Assembly: GCF_044324875.1 (NCBI RefSeq)
Contig: NZ_CP172185.1
Source of the DNA: Escherichia coli
Lineage (GTDB): Bacteria > Pseudomonadota > Gammaproteobacteria > Enterobacterales > Enterobacteriaceae
Length of the DNA stretch: 64,000 nt
Direction: 5' to 3' (one strand)
The position numbers and the translations under genes were made by a program. A model generated the notes under the pieces. It was not told the origin of the DNA. It saw nothing but the letters and a program-made list of their open reading frames with translations, and searched no databases. This document shows, piece by piece, positions 41,253-50,988 of the stretch (its first letter is position 1; each line of letters starts with the position of its first letter).

Positions 41253-41830
41253 ACGCGGAGCTTATGCGCCTTATCAGCAACATTATCAGAACCGGCGTGA
41301 TTTTCGACGTGAACCCGCAGACCTGGGAGGTCCGGGTGCGCAGTGGCGGACTGGAGACAGGCTGGCTTCGCTGGAGCACCGCGCGGGCGGGCGCGTTCAG
41401 TGTCTGGGTGCCGCCAGCCACCGGTGAACAGGTGGCGTTCGTCTGTATCGGTGGTAATCCCGAAACCGCGATAATCATCGGCAGCCTCTGGAGCGATGAT
41501 ATCCCGGCACCGGGCAGCACACTGAAGGAAATCATCATGACAGCACCGGACGGTGCGGTATTCCGCTACGATGCAGACGCCGGTGCACTGGAGGTTAAGG
41601 GGATTAAAACAGCCAGCATTCAGGCCGACACGCGCATCACCCTGGACACGCCGGAGGTGGTGTGTACCCGCAAACTTATCACCGCCACCCTGGAGGTGCA
41701 GAACGGCGGCGAGATGCGCGGCAGCATATCCCACAGCGGCGGCAGCCTGACATCCAACGGTATCACCGTTCATACGCACACCCACGGTGGCGTCAGGACG
41801 GGCCCGGGCACCACGGGAGGCCCGCAATGA
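41249..41830 (+). CDS. baseplate assembly protein V (spike)
   Basis: 193-aa ORF; P2 order. Confidence 0.8.
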   Translation: MNAELMRLISNIIRTGVIFDVNPQTWEVRVRSGGLETGWLRWSTARAGAFSVWVPPATGEQVAFVCIGGNPETAIIIGSLWSDDIPAPGSTLKEIIMTAPDGAVFRYDADAGALEVKGIKTASIQADTRITLDTPEVVCTRKLITATLEVQNGGEMRGSISHSGGSLTSNGITVHTHTHGGVRTGPGTTGGPQ

Positions 41831-42177
41831 CCGCTGTTTACAGGGGGATGAACCCGCAGGGAACCGGCACGCTGAGCGACAGCGAACACCTGAAAAACAG
41901 CGTGCGGGATATCCTGACCACACCGCCAGGCAGCCGGGTGATGCGCCGCGAATACGGCAGCCTGTTACCGGACCTCATCGACGAGCCCATGAACGACACC
42001 ACGCGTTTACAGTGCATGAGCGCCACGGTGACTGCGCTGGCGCGCCATGAACCCCGTATAGCACTGCAGAACGTCGATGTGAACTGGCGGGCTGGCGGAC
42101 GCGCCGTGGTGACGTTATCCGGCATCATCACCGAAACCATGCAGAACATCACATTCAGTATCACCCTGAGGGAGTAA
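41827..42177 (+). CDS. baseplate protein W (GPW/gp25 family)
   Basis: ATG 41827 overlapping V stop; 116 aa. Confidence 0.8.
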   Translation: MTAVYRGMNPQGTGTLSDSEHLKNSVRDILTTPPGSRVMRREYGSLLPDLIDEPMNDTTRLQCMSATVTALARHEPRIALQNVDVNWRAGGRAVVTLSGIITETMQNITFSITLRE

Positions 42178-42180
42178 ATC

Positions 42181-43077
42181 ATGCCTTCCGTTGACCTGTC
42201 ACAGTTACCGGAACCGGCCATCATCGCGCAGCCGGATTTTGAGTCCATCCTGGCAGACATTAAAACCATGATGGTGAGCTCCTTCCCGGAAGAATACCGC
42301 GCCGCCGTCACCCGTGCCCTTACTCTGGAATCCGAGCCATTGAACATCATTTCCCAGGCCATGGCCTTTCGTGAAATGCTGCTTCGCCAGCGCATCAATG
42401 AAGCCGCCCGCGCCTGCATGCTCAGCCACAGCCGGGGCAGTGACCTGGACAATCTGGCCGCCAACAACAACACCCGCCGCCTGGTCATTCATCCGGCCAC
42501 TGATACCACGGAAGCAGTGATGGAAAGCGACACATCGCTGCGTCTGCGTGCCCAGTCAGCCTGGGACGGCCTGAGTGTGGCCGGACCGTCCGGCGCGTAT
42601 GAGTATTTTGCCCGGAGCGCAAGCGGTCTTGTCCGTGATGCGCGCGCCATCAGCCCGTCACCGGCCACAGTCACCGTCTCCATCCTGTCAGCAGACGGTG
42701 ACGGCACCGCCGGTGAGGCGTTACTGAACACGGTGCGCACCGCCCTGAATGCCGAGAACGTGCGCCCGGTTGCCGACCGCCTGACTGTGCAGAGTGCTAC
42801 CATCGTGAACTGGGTAATGGAAGCGAAGCTGTATTTTTATCCAGGGCCGGAGTCTGAACCCATGCTTGCGGCCGCTGACGCCGCTTTCCGTGCATGGCTG
42901 GCAGACCAGGGCCGTATCGGTCAGGACGTGGCCCTGTCAGCCATCACTGCAGCGCTGCATGTTCACGGTGTCCAGCGCGTTGAGGTCATAAAACCCACGC
43001 AGAACATCACCATCAGTGACACTCAGGCAGCCAGATGTACCACATTCAGCATCAGCGAAGGAGGACGCAATGAGTGA
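42181..43077 (+). CDS. baseplate protein J
   Basis: 298-aa ORF; P2 order. Confidence 0.85.
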   Translation: MPSVDLSQLPEPAIIAQPDFESILADIKTMMVSSFPEEYRAAVTRALTLESEPLNIISQAMAFREMLLRQRINEAARACMLSHSRGSDLDNLAANNNTRRLVIHPATDTTEAVMESDTSLRLRAQSAWDGLSVAGPSGAYEYFARSASGLVRDARAISPSPATVTVSILSADGDGTAGEALLNTVRTALNAENVRPVADRLTVQSATIVNWVMEAKLYFYPGPESEPMLAAADAAFRAWLADQGRIGQDVALSAITAALHVHGVQRVEVIKPTQNITISDTQAARCTTFSISEGGRNE

Positions 43078-43798
43078 CAGGAAAAAAACAGACAGCGCAC
43101 AGCACAGTACATCACTGCTTCCACCGTCCGCAGGGCCATTCATGCGCGCCACAGAGGCGACAGGAGTACGCATCAGTGCCATACCGGTGGACGCCGACAC
43201 CCTGTGGTCGCCGGACCGCTGCCCTGCTCACCTCCTGCCCTACCTTGCATGGGCATGTTCCGTTGACCGCTGGGACCGCAACTGGCCGGAAGAGACCAGA
43301 CGACAGGTGATTGGCCAGTCCTGGAAGGTACACCGCCAGAAAGGAACGGTCAGCGCACTGAGGGAAACAGCCGCAGCATTCGGTTATGAGATGACCATCA
43401 GTGAATGGTGGGAGCATGGAGGGCAGCCGGGCACCTTTACTGTGACCATCGGGGCAGACACTCAGGGCATCGGCCCTGAAACATGGCTGGAGATGGAGGA
43501 TCTGCTCAATGATGCACGTCCGGTTTCACGTCATATGACGGGGCTTTATGCCGCCCTGCGTTCTGGCGTGACGGTTTACTGCGCTGCGGGAGCAGGCTGT
43601 GATGAGCTTGTAACCATTCACCAGAAAGCTCGCGCCTCCCTGGCGGGCCAGGTGACCATCATCGCAGCAGGAGACACACACACAACCGACAGTGTGACCG
43701 TACTGCCGGGGGTTCCGTCAGGTATGTACGGGGAGATCTGTATCCGTACCGGCGCAGGTATATTCGTGAGTGAGATTGTGGAGGTTATCACCTTATGA
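43070..43798 (+). CDS. baseplate/tail protein I
   Basis: ATG 43070 with GAAGGAGG RBS, overlapping J stop. Confidence 0.75.
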   Translation: MSDRKKTDSAQHSTSLLPPSAGPFMRATEATGVRISAIPVDADTLWSPDRCPAHLLPYLAWACSVDRWDRNWPEETRRQVIGQSWKVHRQKGTVSALRETAAAFGYEMTISEWWEHGGQPGTFTVTIGADTQGIGPETWLEMEDLLNDARPVSRHMTGLYAALRSGVTVYCAAGAGCDELVTIHQKARASLAGQVTIIAAGDTHTTDSVTVLPGVPSGMYGEICIRTGAGIFVSEIVEVITL

Positions 43799-44910
43799 AC
43801 ACCGATTTTTATTCCGTTCTGACGGATGCCGGGCTGAAAAAACTGGCGGCAGCCGCAGCATCAGGGAATCAGATGAAAATCACCCATATGGCTGTAGGCG
43901 ACGGAAACGGAAAAGCCGTAACACCCGGCAGGGCCGACACCAGGCTTGTCAGGGAAAAATACCGTGCGCCACTGAACAGTCTGGAAGAAGACACAGAGAG
44001 ACCGGGGCATGTTATCGCAGAAATGGTGATACCTGAAAAACAGGGAGGGTGGTGGATCAGAGAATTCGGATTATTCGACGAAGACGGCGGAATGATTGTT
44101 ACAGGCAAATTTCCTGACACATGGAAGCCTGCACCTGGTCAGGGTGGAGCACGACTGATATCAGTGAAAGTGGTTGTGGCAGTATCACATACAGAAAACA
44201 TTGTGCTGAAAGTGGATCCTTCTGTTGTCATGGCAACCCGGGAATGGGTGAACACAAAAGCAGAGCAGTTAAAGAAAGAGCTCAGACAACCTGATGCAAC
44301 CACCAAAACAAAAGGCATTGTTCAGCTTAGCAGTGACATCAACAGCACCTCTGAAACGCAGGCTGCCACCCCCGGAGCGGTAAAAGCCGTGAATGATCGT
44401 GTGGACGGAAAACAGGACGCGGATCCCACGCTCACATCTCTGTCCGGGAAAAATGCACAGCAACTGAGGCAGCTTCTGGGGCTGGGCACGCTTGCCACCC
44501 TGAACAGGGGCACCGGTTCAGGGAATGTGCCGGACATGAGTCACTTTGCGAGTAAAAAAGCAGACTACGGTTACCAGTGTTTTCCTGGCGGCATAATGAT
44601 CCAGTGGCTGCGGATCCCCTCAGACCACACAGGAAGAGCTGTCAGTCAGGAAGCCCGGGTGGCACTAAGCGGCGTGCGACTGTTTTCAGTGGAGGGTAAC
44701 TGGAACGGTAATAACATGATTAAGACCCTGGCAAACTACCAGTGGCCGAGAGTTTTCGGGGCAATTTATGCGACCGTTGCAACCAGGAATCACGGATCTG
44801 CATGGCGAGTATATCCGGTGTCCGCGAACAAGGATGTGCGTGTCGTATCCATTGCCTGGGCGGGAGAAGGTACAGATGACACTTATGTGGTTGGGGTGGG
44901 AAGAGTATGA
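43795..44910 (+). CDS. tail fibre protein (gpH-like, short)
   Basis: 371-aa ORF after baseplate I; conserved N-terminal fibre anchor region then divergent C-terminus. Confidence 0.7.
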   Translation: MNTDFYSVLTDAGLKKLAAAAASGNQMKITHMAVGDGNGKAVTPGRADTRLVREKYRAPLNSLEEDTERPGHVIAEMVIPEKQGGWWIREFGLFDEDGGMIVTGKFPDTWKPAPGQGGARLISVKVVVAVSHTENIVLKVDPSVVMATREWVNTKAEQLKKELRQPDATTKTKGIVQLSSDINSTSETQAATPGAVKAVNDRVDGKQDADPTLTSLSGKNAQQLRQLLGLGTLATLNRGTGSGNVPDMSHFASKKADYGYQCFPGGIMIQWLRIPSDHTGRAVSQEARVALSGVRLFSVEGNWNGNNMIKTLANYQWPRVFGAIYATVATRNHGSAWRVYPVSANKDVRVVSIAWAGEGTDDTYVVGVGRV

Positions 44911-45353
44911 AAATGATGTGGTCGCCGTCTGTGGGCGGTTTTTTTGGTGAAGACAGCAGCCATATACCGGAAGATGCGGTGGAGGTTGATGAATCGATGT
45001 GGAGCAGGATGATGGAGGGACAACTTGAGGGAAAAATTATCGTTAACGGCCCTGACGACCTGCCTGTTCTGGAAGAGCGTCCGGGACCGGGGCCAGAAGA
45101 ATACCGGCATCAGGCTCGCCTTGAGCTTGCTGACCTTCGCCGACAGGGGCTGGAACACATAGAGTCGATGCGCTGGCGTGACAAAGCGGTCATGAACAGG
45201 CTGGGAGAAGAGGAGAAGCAGGAGTATAACGCCTGGCTTGACTGGCTCGACGCGCTTGACAGTACGGACATATCAGGGGCACCGGATGTGGTGTGGCCGG
45301 TGATGCCCGTCACGGTGGTTCCTGAACATCCTCAGAAAAAATTGCCGGAGTGA
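44907..45353 (+). CDS. tail fibre assembly protein (gpG/Tfa-like)
   Basis: 148-aa ORF overlapping H stop; positional. Confidence 0.6.
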   Translation: MKMMWSPSVGGFFGEDSSHIPEDAVEVDESMWSRMMEGQLEGKIIVNGPDDLPVLEERPGPGPEEYRHQARLELADLRRQGLEHIESMRWRDKAVMNRLGEEEKQEYNAWLDWLDALDSTDISGAPDVVWPVMPVTVVPEHPQKKLPE

Positions 45354-45360
45354 ACAGCCT

Positions 45361-45386
45361 CCGGCCTGAGACTGCACTCAGGCCGG
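45361..45386. terminator. GC-rich hairpin ccggcctgag-actgca-ctcaggccgg between convergent G and U
   Basis: Seen in sequence. Confidence 0.4.
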
Positions 45387-45394
45387 AAATTCTG

Positions 45395-45841
45395 TTATCT
45401 GCCAGCATTGCGGATGATACCCGAAAGCATATCAGACACCGACGGCATCATTCGCTCCCGCAAATCCTCATCACAGCGTTCCATACTGACAGTGAACTCA
45501 ATTTTTTTGGCCTTACCGTGGCGGTCAAGTTCGCTTCGCGTTGTGCGGACAGCCGTTATCACATACATGCCGTATATCTGCCCCACACCGTCAATCAGCG
45601 GCCATGGGCGGCCAGTGTAAGCCTGCGTCGTTAAAAGGCTGAGGGAAACCTCACCGCCGGTAATTTCGGGATAAAGCACACCGGACAACGTGATCTGGTC
45701 GTCACCCGCCCCGATATACTGCCAGCTGGCCGAACGATTGATGCGTTCATTTTTAACGTGGCGCCAGGTTTTATTATGTTGCAGTTGTTGATGAGGCAGC
45801 GTACGCAACTCAAAAACAAACATGCCGTAAATCATCATCAT
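45395..45841 (-). CDS. tail protein U
   Basis: 148-aa ORF immediately downstream of tape measure gene on minus strand. Confidence 0.75.
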   Translation of the reverse strand: MMMIYGMFVFELRTLPHQQLQHNKTWRHVKNERINRSASWQYIGAGDDQITLSGVLYPEITGGEVSLSLLTTQAYTGRPWPLIDGVGQIYGMYVITAVRTTRSELDRHGKAKKIEFTVSMERCDEDLRERMMPSVSDMLSGIIRNAGR

Positions 45842-45852
45842 GCGAGGTACTC

Positions 45853-48800
45853 CTAATCTCTGTCACGGAAACTACCGACTGTCTGGCGGATACGGCGTTC
45901 CATTTCCGCACGGACGGCATCACCCACCATTTTTGCCAGTTCGCGCGGGTTTTGCGTGTGAACATCATGCAGGTGAATATGCAGTTCGCCAGTTAATCCC
46001 CATGGTGCCGGATCACTCTGACGCGGTCGGGGCGATGCGGGGGATATGGGCTGGCGCACAGCCTCAACCACCGGACGGGATGTTGCCGTTACGACGGGTG
46101 TCATTACCGGCGCAATATTGCCGGACACTACCGGTTTAATTACCGGGGAGAGCGTCGGTATAACATCGCCAGCCATAACCGGTTTGATCGCTGGCGAAAT
46201 AACCGGAGCAACAGACTCAGCCATGACGGAACTGACAGGCTGAGGCGCTCTCACTATGCCAGCATCGATAACCAGCATGAGCTCGCGTACTGCCTCAAGG
46301 ACAGGACGGGATATTGCCGCCATCACTGGTGTCATTAGCGGGGAGAACGTCGGCATGACATCGTGAGTCATAACCGGTTTGATCACCGGCGAAACCACCG
46401 GCGTAATATTACCGGACAGTACCGGACGGACGACCGGAGGAATAACCGGCACATTATTCACGGACACCACCGGCTTCACGACCGGCGACACGTTCGCCGT
46501 GGTGGATATCAGCGGCGAAACACTGACAGGCGGTGGCGCTGGCAGCGGTGGCAACGAAGGCACACTGACCGACGGCACCTGCGGCAGTCTGACAGGTGGC
46601 TCACTGACACTACCCGGTAACAGGGAAGCTGCGCGGTTAAAGCGTTCCTCCTTCCACTCACCACGAACGGCCAGCGCTTCCGGCAGGTTTTTAAAGATAA
46701 TATCGCCGGGACCAGTGCGTTTTTTCGCCTGTTTCGCCTCATCCAGCAGGCCACCGGTGTTATCGACGATTTTATTCAGGCGACGCATGGTGCCGGTATT
46801 CTCCCCCGTCAGCGGAGCAGTTGCTGCAGGTGCAGGTACTGGCGGCTTTTTGTCTTTGTCATTTTGCGGCGGATTAATGACATTAACATCCGCCAGGAGC
46901 ATGGCGGCTTTCTCGTTCAGCAGCTCCTTCTGCTTCAGCTCTTCCGCCTTTTTCCGGGCGCGCTCAACCGCCGACGGAATCAGCCCGAGTTTTTCCAGCA
47001 CCCGGGTTAATGAGTCAATCAGCAGCGTAACCGGACCGGTCACCAGATTGCTGATAAACTCCCCGACCTTCTGCCCGAACGTCCGCCCGGCTTCCGTGCA
47101 CTTGTCCAGCTCATCCTTTGTTGTGCTTACCGGCGCGAACAAATCCACGAACCACTGCCACACACGCCCGATTGTCTGCCCGACATACTCAAACAATGGT
47201 CCCAGTGGTGCCACAGCCTCGCGCAGTGGCGTAAGCCCCTGCCACAGGCCGGACAAGAACCCGCCCACGACAGCCTTCAGCTGGTCCCAGTGCCGCCAGA
47301 TAAGCACTGCCGCACCGACCAGTGTCGCCACCACAAGGCCCACCGGACTTAACAGAAAACCCAGCGCCCCGCCAAGTGCGCCCACCGCACCACTCACCAT
47401 CCCCCACAGTGCGGGCAGACCTGACAGTCTGAGCGCCAGTATTCCGATACCGCGCCCCAGTGAAATCAGTGCGCCGCCAGGTGAAGTGAACGCAGCCAGC
47501 AGACCACCACGCAGCGCGCCAAGTCCCGCCTGCACACCACGAAGCCGCCCCGCAACTACGCCCAGCAGTGCAGCAAACCGTCCGGCACCGGAGGTGATAC
47601 CGACAAACAGCACGCGCCAGCCACCGATACCGCCCAGCGGACCACCGAGTACGCCGCGCAGCTGCGTCAGTAACGGCAGCGCACGACCGAGGCCGGATGT
47701 GCCGGTCAGCAGGGCAAACCCAAGACGCAGTTTTGCCAGCGGCCCCATCAACACACCAGTGGCAAGTGACAGCGCCCCCATGGCCGCAACCGCAGCCAGC
47801 AGTGCACCACCGGCAATCAGCAGTTGTTTTGTCAGTTCAGGGTGCGCCTGGGCCAGCGCGGTGACTTTCGCAATAACCCGGGTGAACGACTGCGTGACAG
47901 AACGCAGCGGCCCGTCAACGAGGTCAGCGACACGGATACGCAGCCCTTCCCATGCGCTGTTCAGTGATTTCAGGTCGCCGTCCAGGTTGTCCGCCATGAT
48001 TCTGGCGTTTTCTTCCAGTTCGCCGTTCGCTGCCTGAATCTCACGCGTCAGGCGCGGCAGGTTTTTTTCGCCTGCCTGTTCAACCAGGCTCATCAGGGAG
48101 ACATACGCCTCCTGCCCGGCAATATCTGAAAAGAACGAGACTTTTGCCGCGTTACCGTATTTACGGGTGGCCTGATACAGCTCATACAGGATATCTTCCA
48201 TCGGGCGCATGTTCCCGTAAGCATCCTGCGTTTCCACGCCCAGCTGTTTCAGCGCCTTTGCTGCCGCTTTAGGCGGGTTCACAAGGCGGGACAGACTGGA
48301 GCGCAGCGCCGTACCAGCATCACTGCCACGTATCCCCATCGACCCAAGCAACCCGGTCATGGCTGCGGTCTGTTCAAGAGACAGACCGAGTGAGGCGGCG
48401 ACCGGTCCCGTATATTTCATCGTCTCACCAAGCCCGCGCAGGTCGGTATTGGTGCGGGTGAACGTTGCGGCCAGCGTGTCACCCACGCGGTTCATCTGGT
48501 CGGCAGACAACCCGAACTGCGTAAGGATATTTGAGCTGATATCGGCCGTCTGACCGAGGTCCATGCCGCTGGCCGTTGCCAGATTCAGCACGCCGGGAAG
48601 AGCCGCCTGTATCGCCTGCGGCGTGAACCCCGCCATGGCAAGGAACGCCTGACCGCTGGCAGCATCACCTGCGGTAAACTGCGTTTCGGAGCCGAGTTTA
48701 AGCGCCTGTTCGCGCAGCGCCTTAAACTGCGGACTGTTTTTGTCAATACGGGTCAGCGCCTGGACGCGCGACATCTCCTTACCAAAACTGACCGCCGGTT

Positions 48801-49395
48801 GCAGGAAACGCCCGGCCGCATAGCCACCTGCCGCTGCCGTGCCGACTGCCGTAAATCCACCCGCTTTCAGTTTTCCCGCCATCTCCTGAGCGCGGAAATA
48901 TTGCTGGCGTGCCTGCGTGACGCGTGCCAGAGTCTGCCGTTCACGTTCCAGCTGTTCGTTGTATTGCTGTGTTCGCCGTATGGCCTGTTGAATGGTGTTG
49001 TCACTGCCGGAAAGCGCAATACCGTGACGCCGCAGCTCACCACCCAGTTCGCGCATTCGCTGAACTTCACGCGCACGGACCTCATTGAGACGCTCAAGTT
49101 TGAGGCTCAAATCGTTCATCAGCTTTTTCTGTTTGTCAGACAGCACGGTTCCGGCGCGCTGAATTTGCTGAAGTGCGCTTAACTGGCGTTGTGCCCGGGC
49201 AATGCCGTTTCCGGCCTTGTTTGCAGCCTCGCGGGCGCGATCAAATGAACGGGCGTGGCGTTCCAGGTTTTTGATCGCACCCTGCGTTCTCTGTATGGAG
49301 TCGCCAAGCTGGCCCATCATGCGACGGGCGTTTTCGGTGGGACGGGTCAGCCTGTCAACAGCGCTGAAGGCGACCCGTATATCAAGCGTTTTCAT
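45853..49395 (-). CDS. tail tape measure protein (gpT-like), start taken at MKTLDIR
   Basis: Very long Ala/Gly-rich ORF with Pro/Val-rich repeats near C-terminus; ORF track start at 49431 is a GTG. Confidence 0.85.
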   Translation of the reverse strand: MKTLDIRVAFSAVDRLTRPTENARRMMGQLGDSIQRTQGAIKNLERHARSFDRAREAANKAGNGIARAQRQLSALQQIQRAGTVLSDKQKKLMNDLSLKLERLNEVRAREVQRMRELGGELRRHGIALSGSDNTIQQAIRRTQQYNEQLERERQTLARVTQARQQYFRAQEMAGKLKAGGFTAVGTAAAGGYAAGRFLQPAVSFGKEMSRVQALTRIDKNSPQFKALREQALKLGSETQFTAGDAASGQAFLAMAGFTPQAIQAALPGVLNLATASGMDLGQTADISSNILTQFGLSADQMNRVGDTLAATFTRTNTDLRGLGETMKYTGPVAASLGLSLEQTAAMTGLLGSMGIRGSDAGTALRSSLSRLVNPPKAAAKALKQLGVETQDAYGNMRPMEDILYELYQATRKYGNAAKVSFFSDIAGQEAYVSLMSLVEQAGEKNLPRLTREIQAANGELEENARIMADNLDGDLKSLNSAWEGLRIRVADLVDGPLRSVTQSFTRVIAKVTALAQAHPELTKQLLIAGGALLAAVAAMGALSLATGVLMGPLAKLRLGFALLTGTSGLGRALPLLTQLRGVLGGPLGGIGGWRVLFVGITSGAGRFAALLGVVAGRLRGVQAGLGALRGGLLAAFTSPGGALISLGRGIGILALRLSGLPALWGMVSGAVGALGGALGFLLSPVGLVVATLVGAAVLIWRHWDQLKAVVGGFLSGLWQGLTPLREAVAPLGPLFEYVGQTIGRVWQWFVDLFAPVSTTKDELDKCTEAGRTFGQKVGEFISNLVTGPVTLLIDSLTRVLEKLGLIPSAVERARKKAEELKQKELLNEKAAMLLADVNVINPPQNDKDKKPPVPAPAATAPLTGENTGTMRRLNKIVDNTGGLLDEAKQAKKRTGPGDIIFKNLPEALAVRGEWKEERFNRAASLLPGSVSEPPVRLPQVPSVSVPSLPPLPAPPPVSVSPLISTTANVSPVVKPVVSVNNVPVIPPVVRPVLSGNITPVVSPVIKPVMTHDVMPTFSPLMTPVMAAISRPVLEAVRELMLVIDAGIVRAPQPVSSVMAESVAPVISPAIKPVMAGDVIPTLSPVIKPVVSGNIAPVMTPVVTATSRPVVEAVRQPISPASPRPRQSDPAPWGLTGELHIHLHDVHTQNPRELAKMVGDAVRAEMERRIRQTVGSFRDRD

Positions 49396-49908
49396 GCTCT
49401 GCGTTCCCGCTGCGAAGGGCCGCCCGCTCACGCCAGGCGACCACCTCGCCGGGATCCATCAGGAAGATTTCAGCGGGAGACCAGTTGAAAATAACGGCGA
49501 TATCCGCCACAAAGTCTTCAATATGCTCAAAGGGCACGACGGTTATCAGCCTGCCGTCGCCGCCACGCTCTTCCCGCCAGAGTCCTGACCGGCCAAAAAA
49601 TTAACCGCCACCCCGCACAGCTGAATAAAATCAGCGGACCCCATGCGCTTAAGCAGAACCTCGTCCAGTCGCGGCGAAGTGACGCGCGGGAGTAACTCAA
49701 ACATCGCGTCCGTTTTCATGTTCAGCACGTCAAGCAGTGACAGCCCGCGCAGTGAACCGGCCTGCTGTACAGCAGGCGTGATTTCCACATACGTGATTTT
49801 TTTGTTACCGAGCACAAGGGGCGTTTTCAGCGTCACGCCGCGCTCACTGGTCACGTCCGCCGCATCAGCACCGTCAGTAACAGGGGCAACAACCGGATTT
49901 TCTTTCAT
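49382..49908 (-). CDS. tail assembly chaperone E' (E+E' product via programmed -1 frameshift)
   Basis: Slippery heptamer T TTT TTG (minus strand; plus-strand CAAAAAA at 49594-49600); -1 frame stays open to 49382, overlapping tape measure start. Confidence 0.5.
49546..49908 (-). CDS. tail assembly chaperone E
   Basis: 120-aa ORF between tube and tape measure genes; ends shortly after slippery TTTTTTG. Confidence 0.75.
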   Translation of the reverse strand: MKENPVVAPVTDGADAADVTSERGVTLKTPLVLGNKKITYVEITPAVQQAGSLRGLSLLDVLNMKTDAMFELLPRVTSPRLDEVLLKRMGSADFIQLCGVAVNFLAGQDSGGKSVAATAG

Positions 49909-49958
49909 GCATAAAACCTCAAATCAGGGGGCGACGCCGCGCGCCGCCGTGGAAAACA

Positions 49959-50477
49959 TTAACCACCAAGACCAATCGCCGAGCGCACGCGGTCCGGGAA
50001 GACGCTTTTGCCGTCCTTGCGTTCGATGTGGTTCAGTAAATCAATCTCCAGCACCGGACGGTCGTTAATGCTGAGTTTGTAGTAGGTACTTTTGACCGCA
50101 TAGGTGTGAGACGTGACCTCACCCTGTTTGGCCTCCCCGGTATCAATTTCCGTCACGCGACCGCGAAGCTCAATCTCGTACAGGTCACTCTGTTCTTCAT
50201 CGTTGTAGTACTCACCGACAAAGCGCAGCAGCGTACCGTCAATCGTTCCGCCGTACTTGAGGAACAGTTCGCGGGTCGGCCCGCCCATGGTGAAACTCGC
50301 ATCCAGCGCGCCGTCATCCAGGCCAAGGTCGATATTTACTGCACCGGCCATACCACCACCGCGATAGGCTTCCGTTTTACGGGTCAGTTTGGGGGGCGTG
50401 AAGCCGGTCACCCTGCCAATCTGGTTCACCCCGTCAGTAAACAGCGTGAACACCCTGAGATTTTTTGGTACGGCCAT
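49959..50477 (-). CDS. tail tube protein (FII)
   Basis: 172-aa ORF, start overlaps sheath gene stop. Confidence 0.85.
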   Translation of the reverse strand: MAVPKNLRVFTLFTDGVNQIGRVTGFTPPKLTRKTEAYRGGGMAGAVNIDLGLDDGALDASFTMGGPTRELFLKYGGTIDGTLLRFVGEYYNDEEQSDLYEIELRGRVTEIDTGEAKQGEVTSHTYAVKSTYYKLSINDRPVLEIDLLNHIERKDGKSVFPDRVRSAIGLGG

Positions 50478-50805
50478 TAAGCACCTCCAAGCGTCGCAAA
50501 TGCAGGACCAAAGAATTCATCAGTAAACGTCTGGTAAAGTTCCATATCCTCAAGCGGCGGAACGGGCGTGTACTTGTAGCGGATACGCACGCGTCCCTGA
50601 CGAAGTTCCGTGGTGCTGTTATCCACCACGTCATACCAGCACTCCGCACCAACGAGACGTCCTGACGTAACCAGCGCATCCAGTTTTGCGCGAATTGCGC
50701 TTAACACGTCTTTCACATTAGCAGGGGTCAGCGGGGCATCAATCGTTTCAAACTGCGCTTCCGCAACAGAATCAGCCAGCACCTGATGCAAAATGGCATC
50801 TGAAT
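50477..50805 (-). pseudogene. tail sheath (FI) C-terminal fragment, separated from N-terminal part by an IS
   Basis: Frame ...AIDSDAILHQVLADSVAEAQF...RIRYKYTPVPPLEDMELYQTFTDEFFGPAFATLGGA ends where tube gene starts; 5' boundary approximate. Confidence 0.6.
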
Positions 50806-50988
50806 CGATCGCAGTTTGGCATTCGAATCGATCATGATTTGGCATCCATCTCCGATCACAGTTTGGCATCACAATCGATCACGATTTGGCATGCTTCCGA
50901 TCATTGATTGGCATCCTGCCAGTCACTCCGGGAATTAACTCTTTTCACCACAGTCTCCATTGCCGTGTTTAAACCAGTGGAGACGTCA

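Noticed and set aside
46379-48037. 552-aa plus-strand ORF overlapping the tape measure gene
   Set aside because: Antisense to the tape measure gene in a GC-rich repetitive region; Ser/Pro/Thr-rich low-complexity translation is typical of spurious frames.
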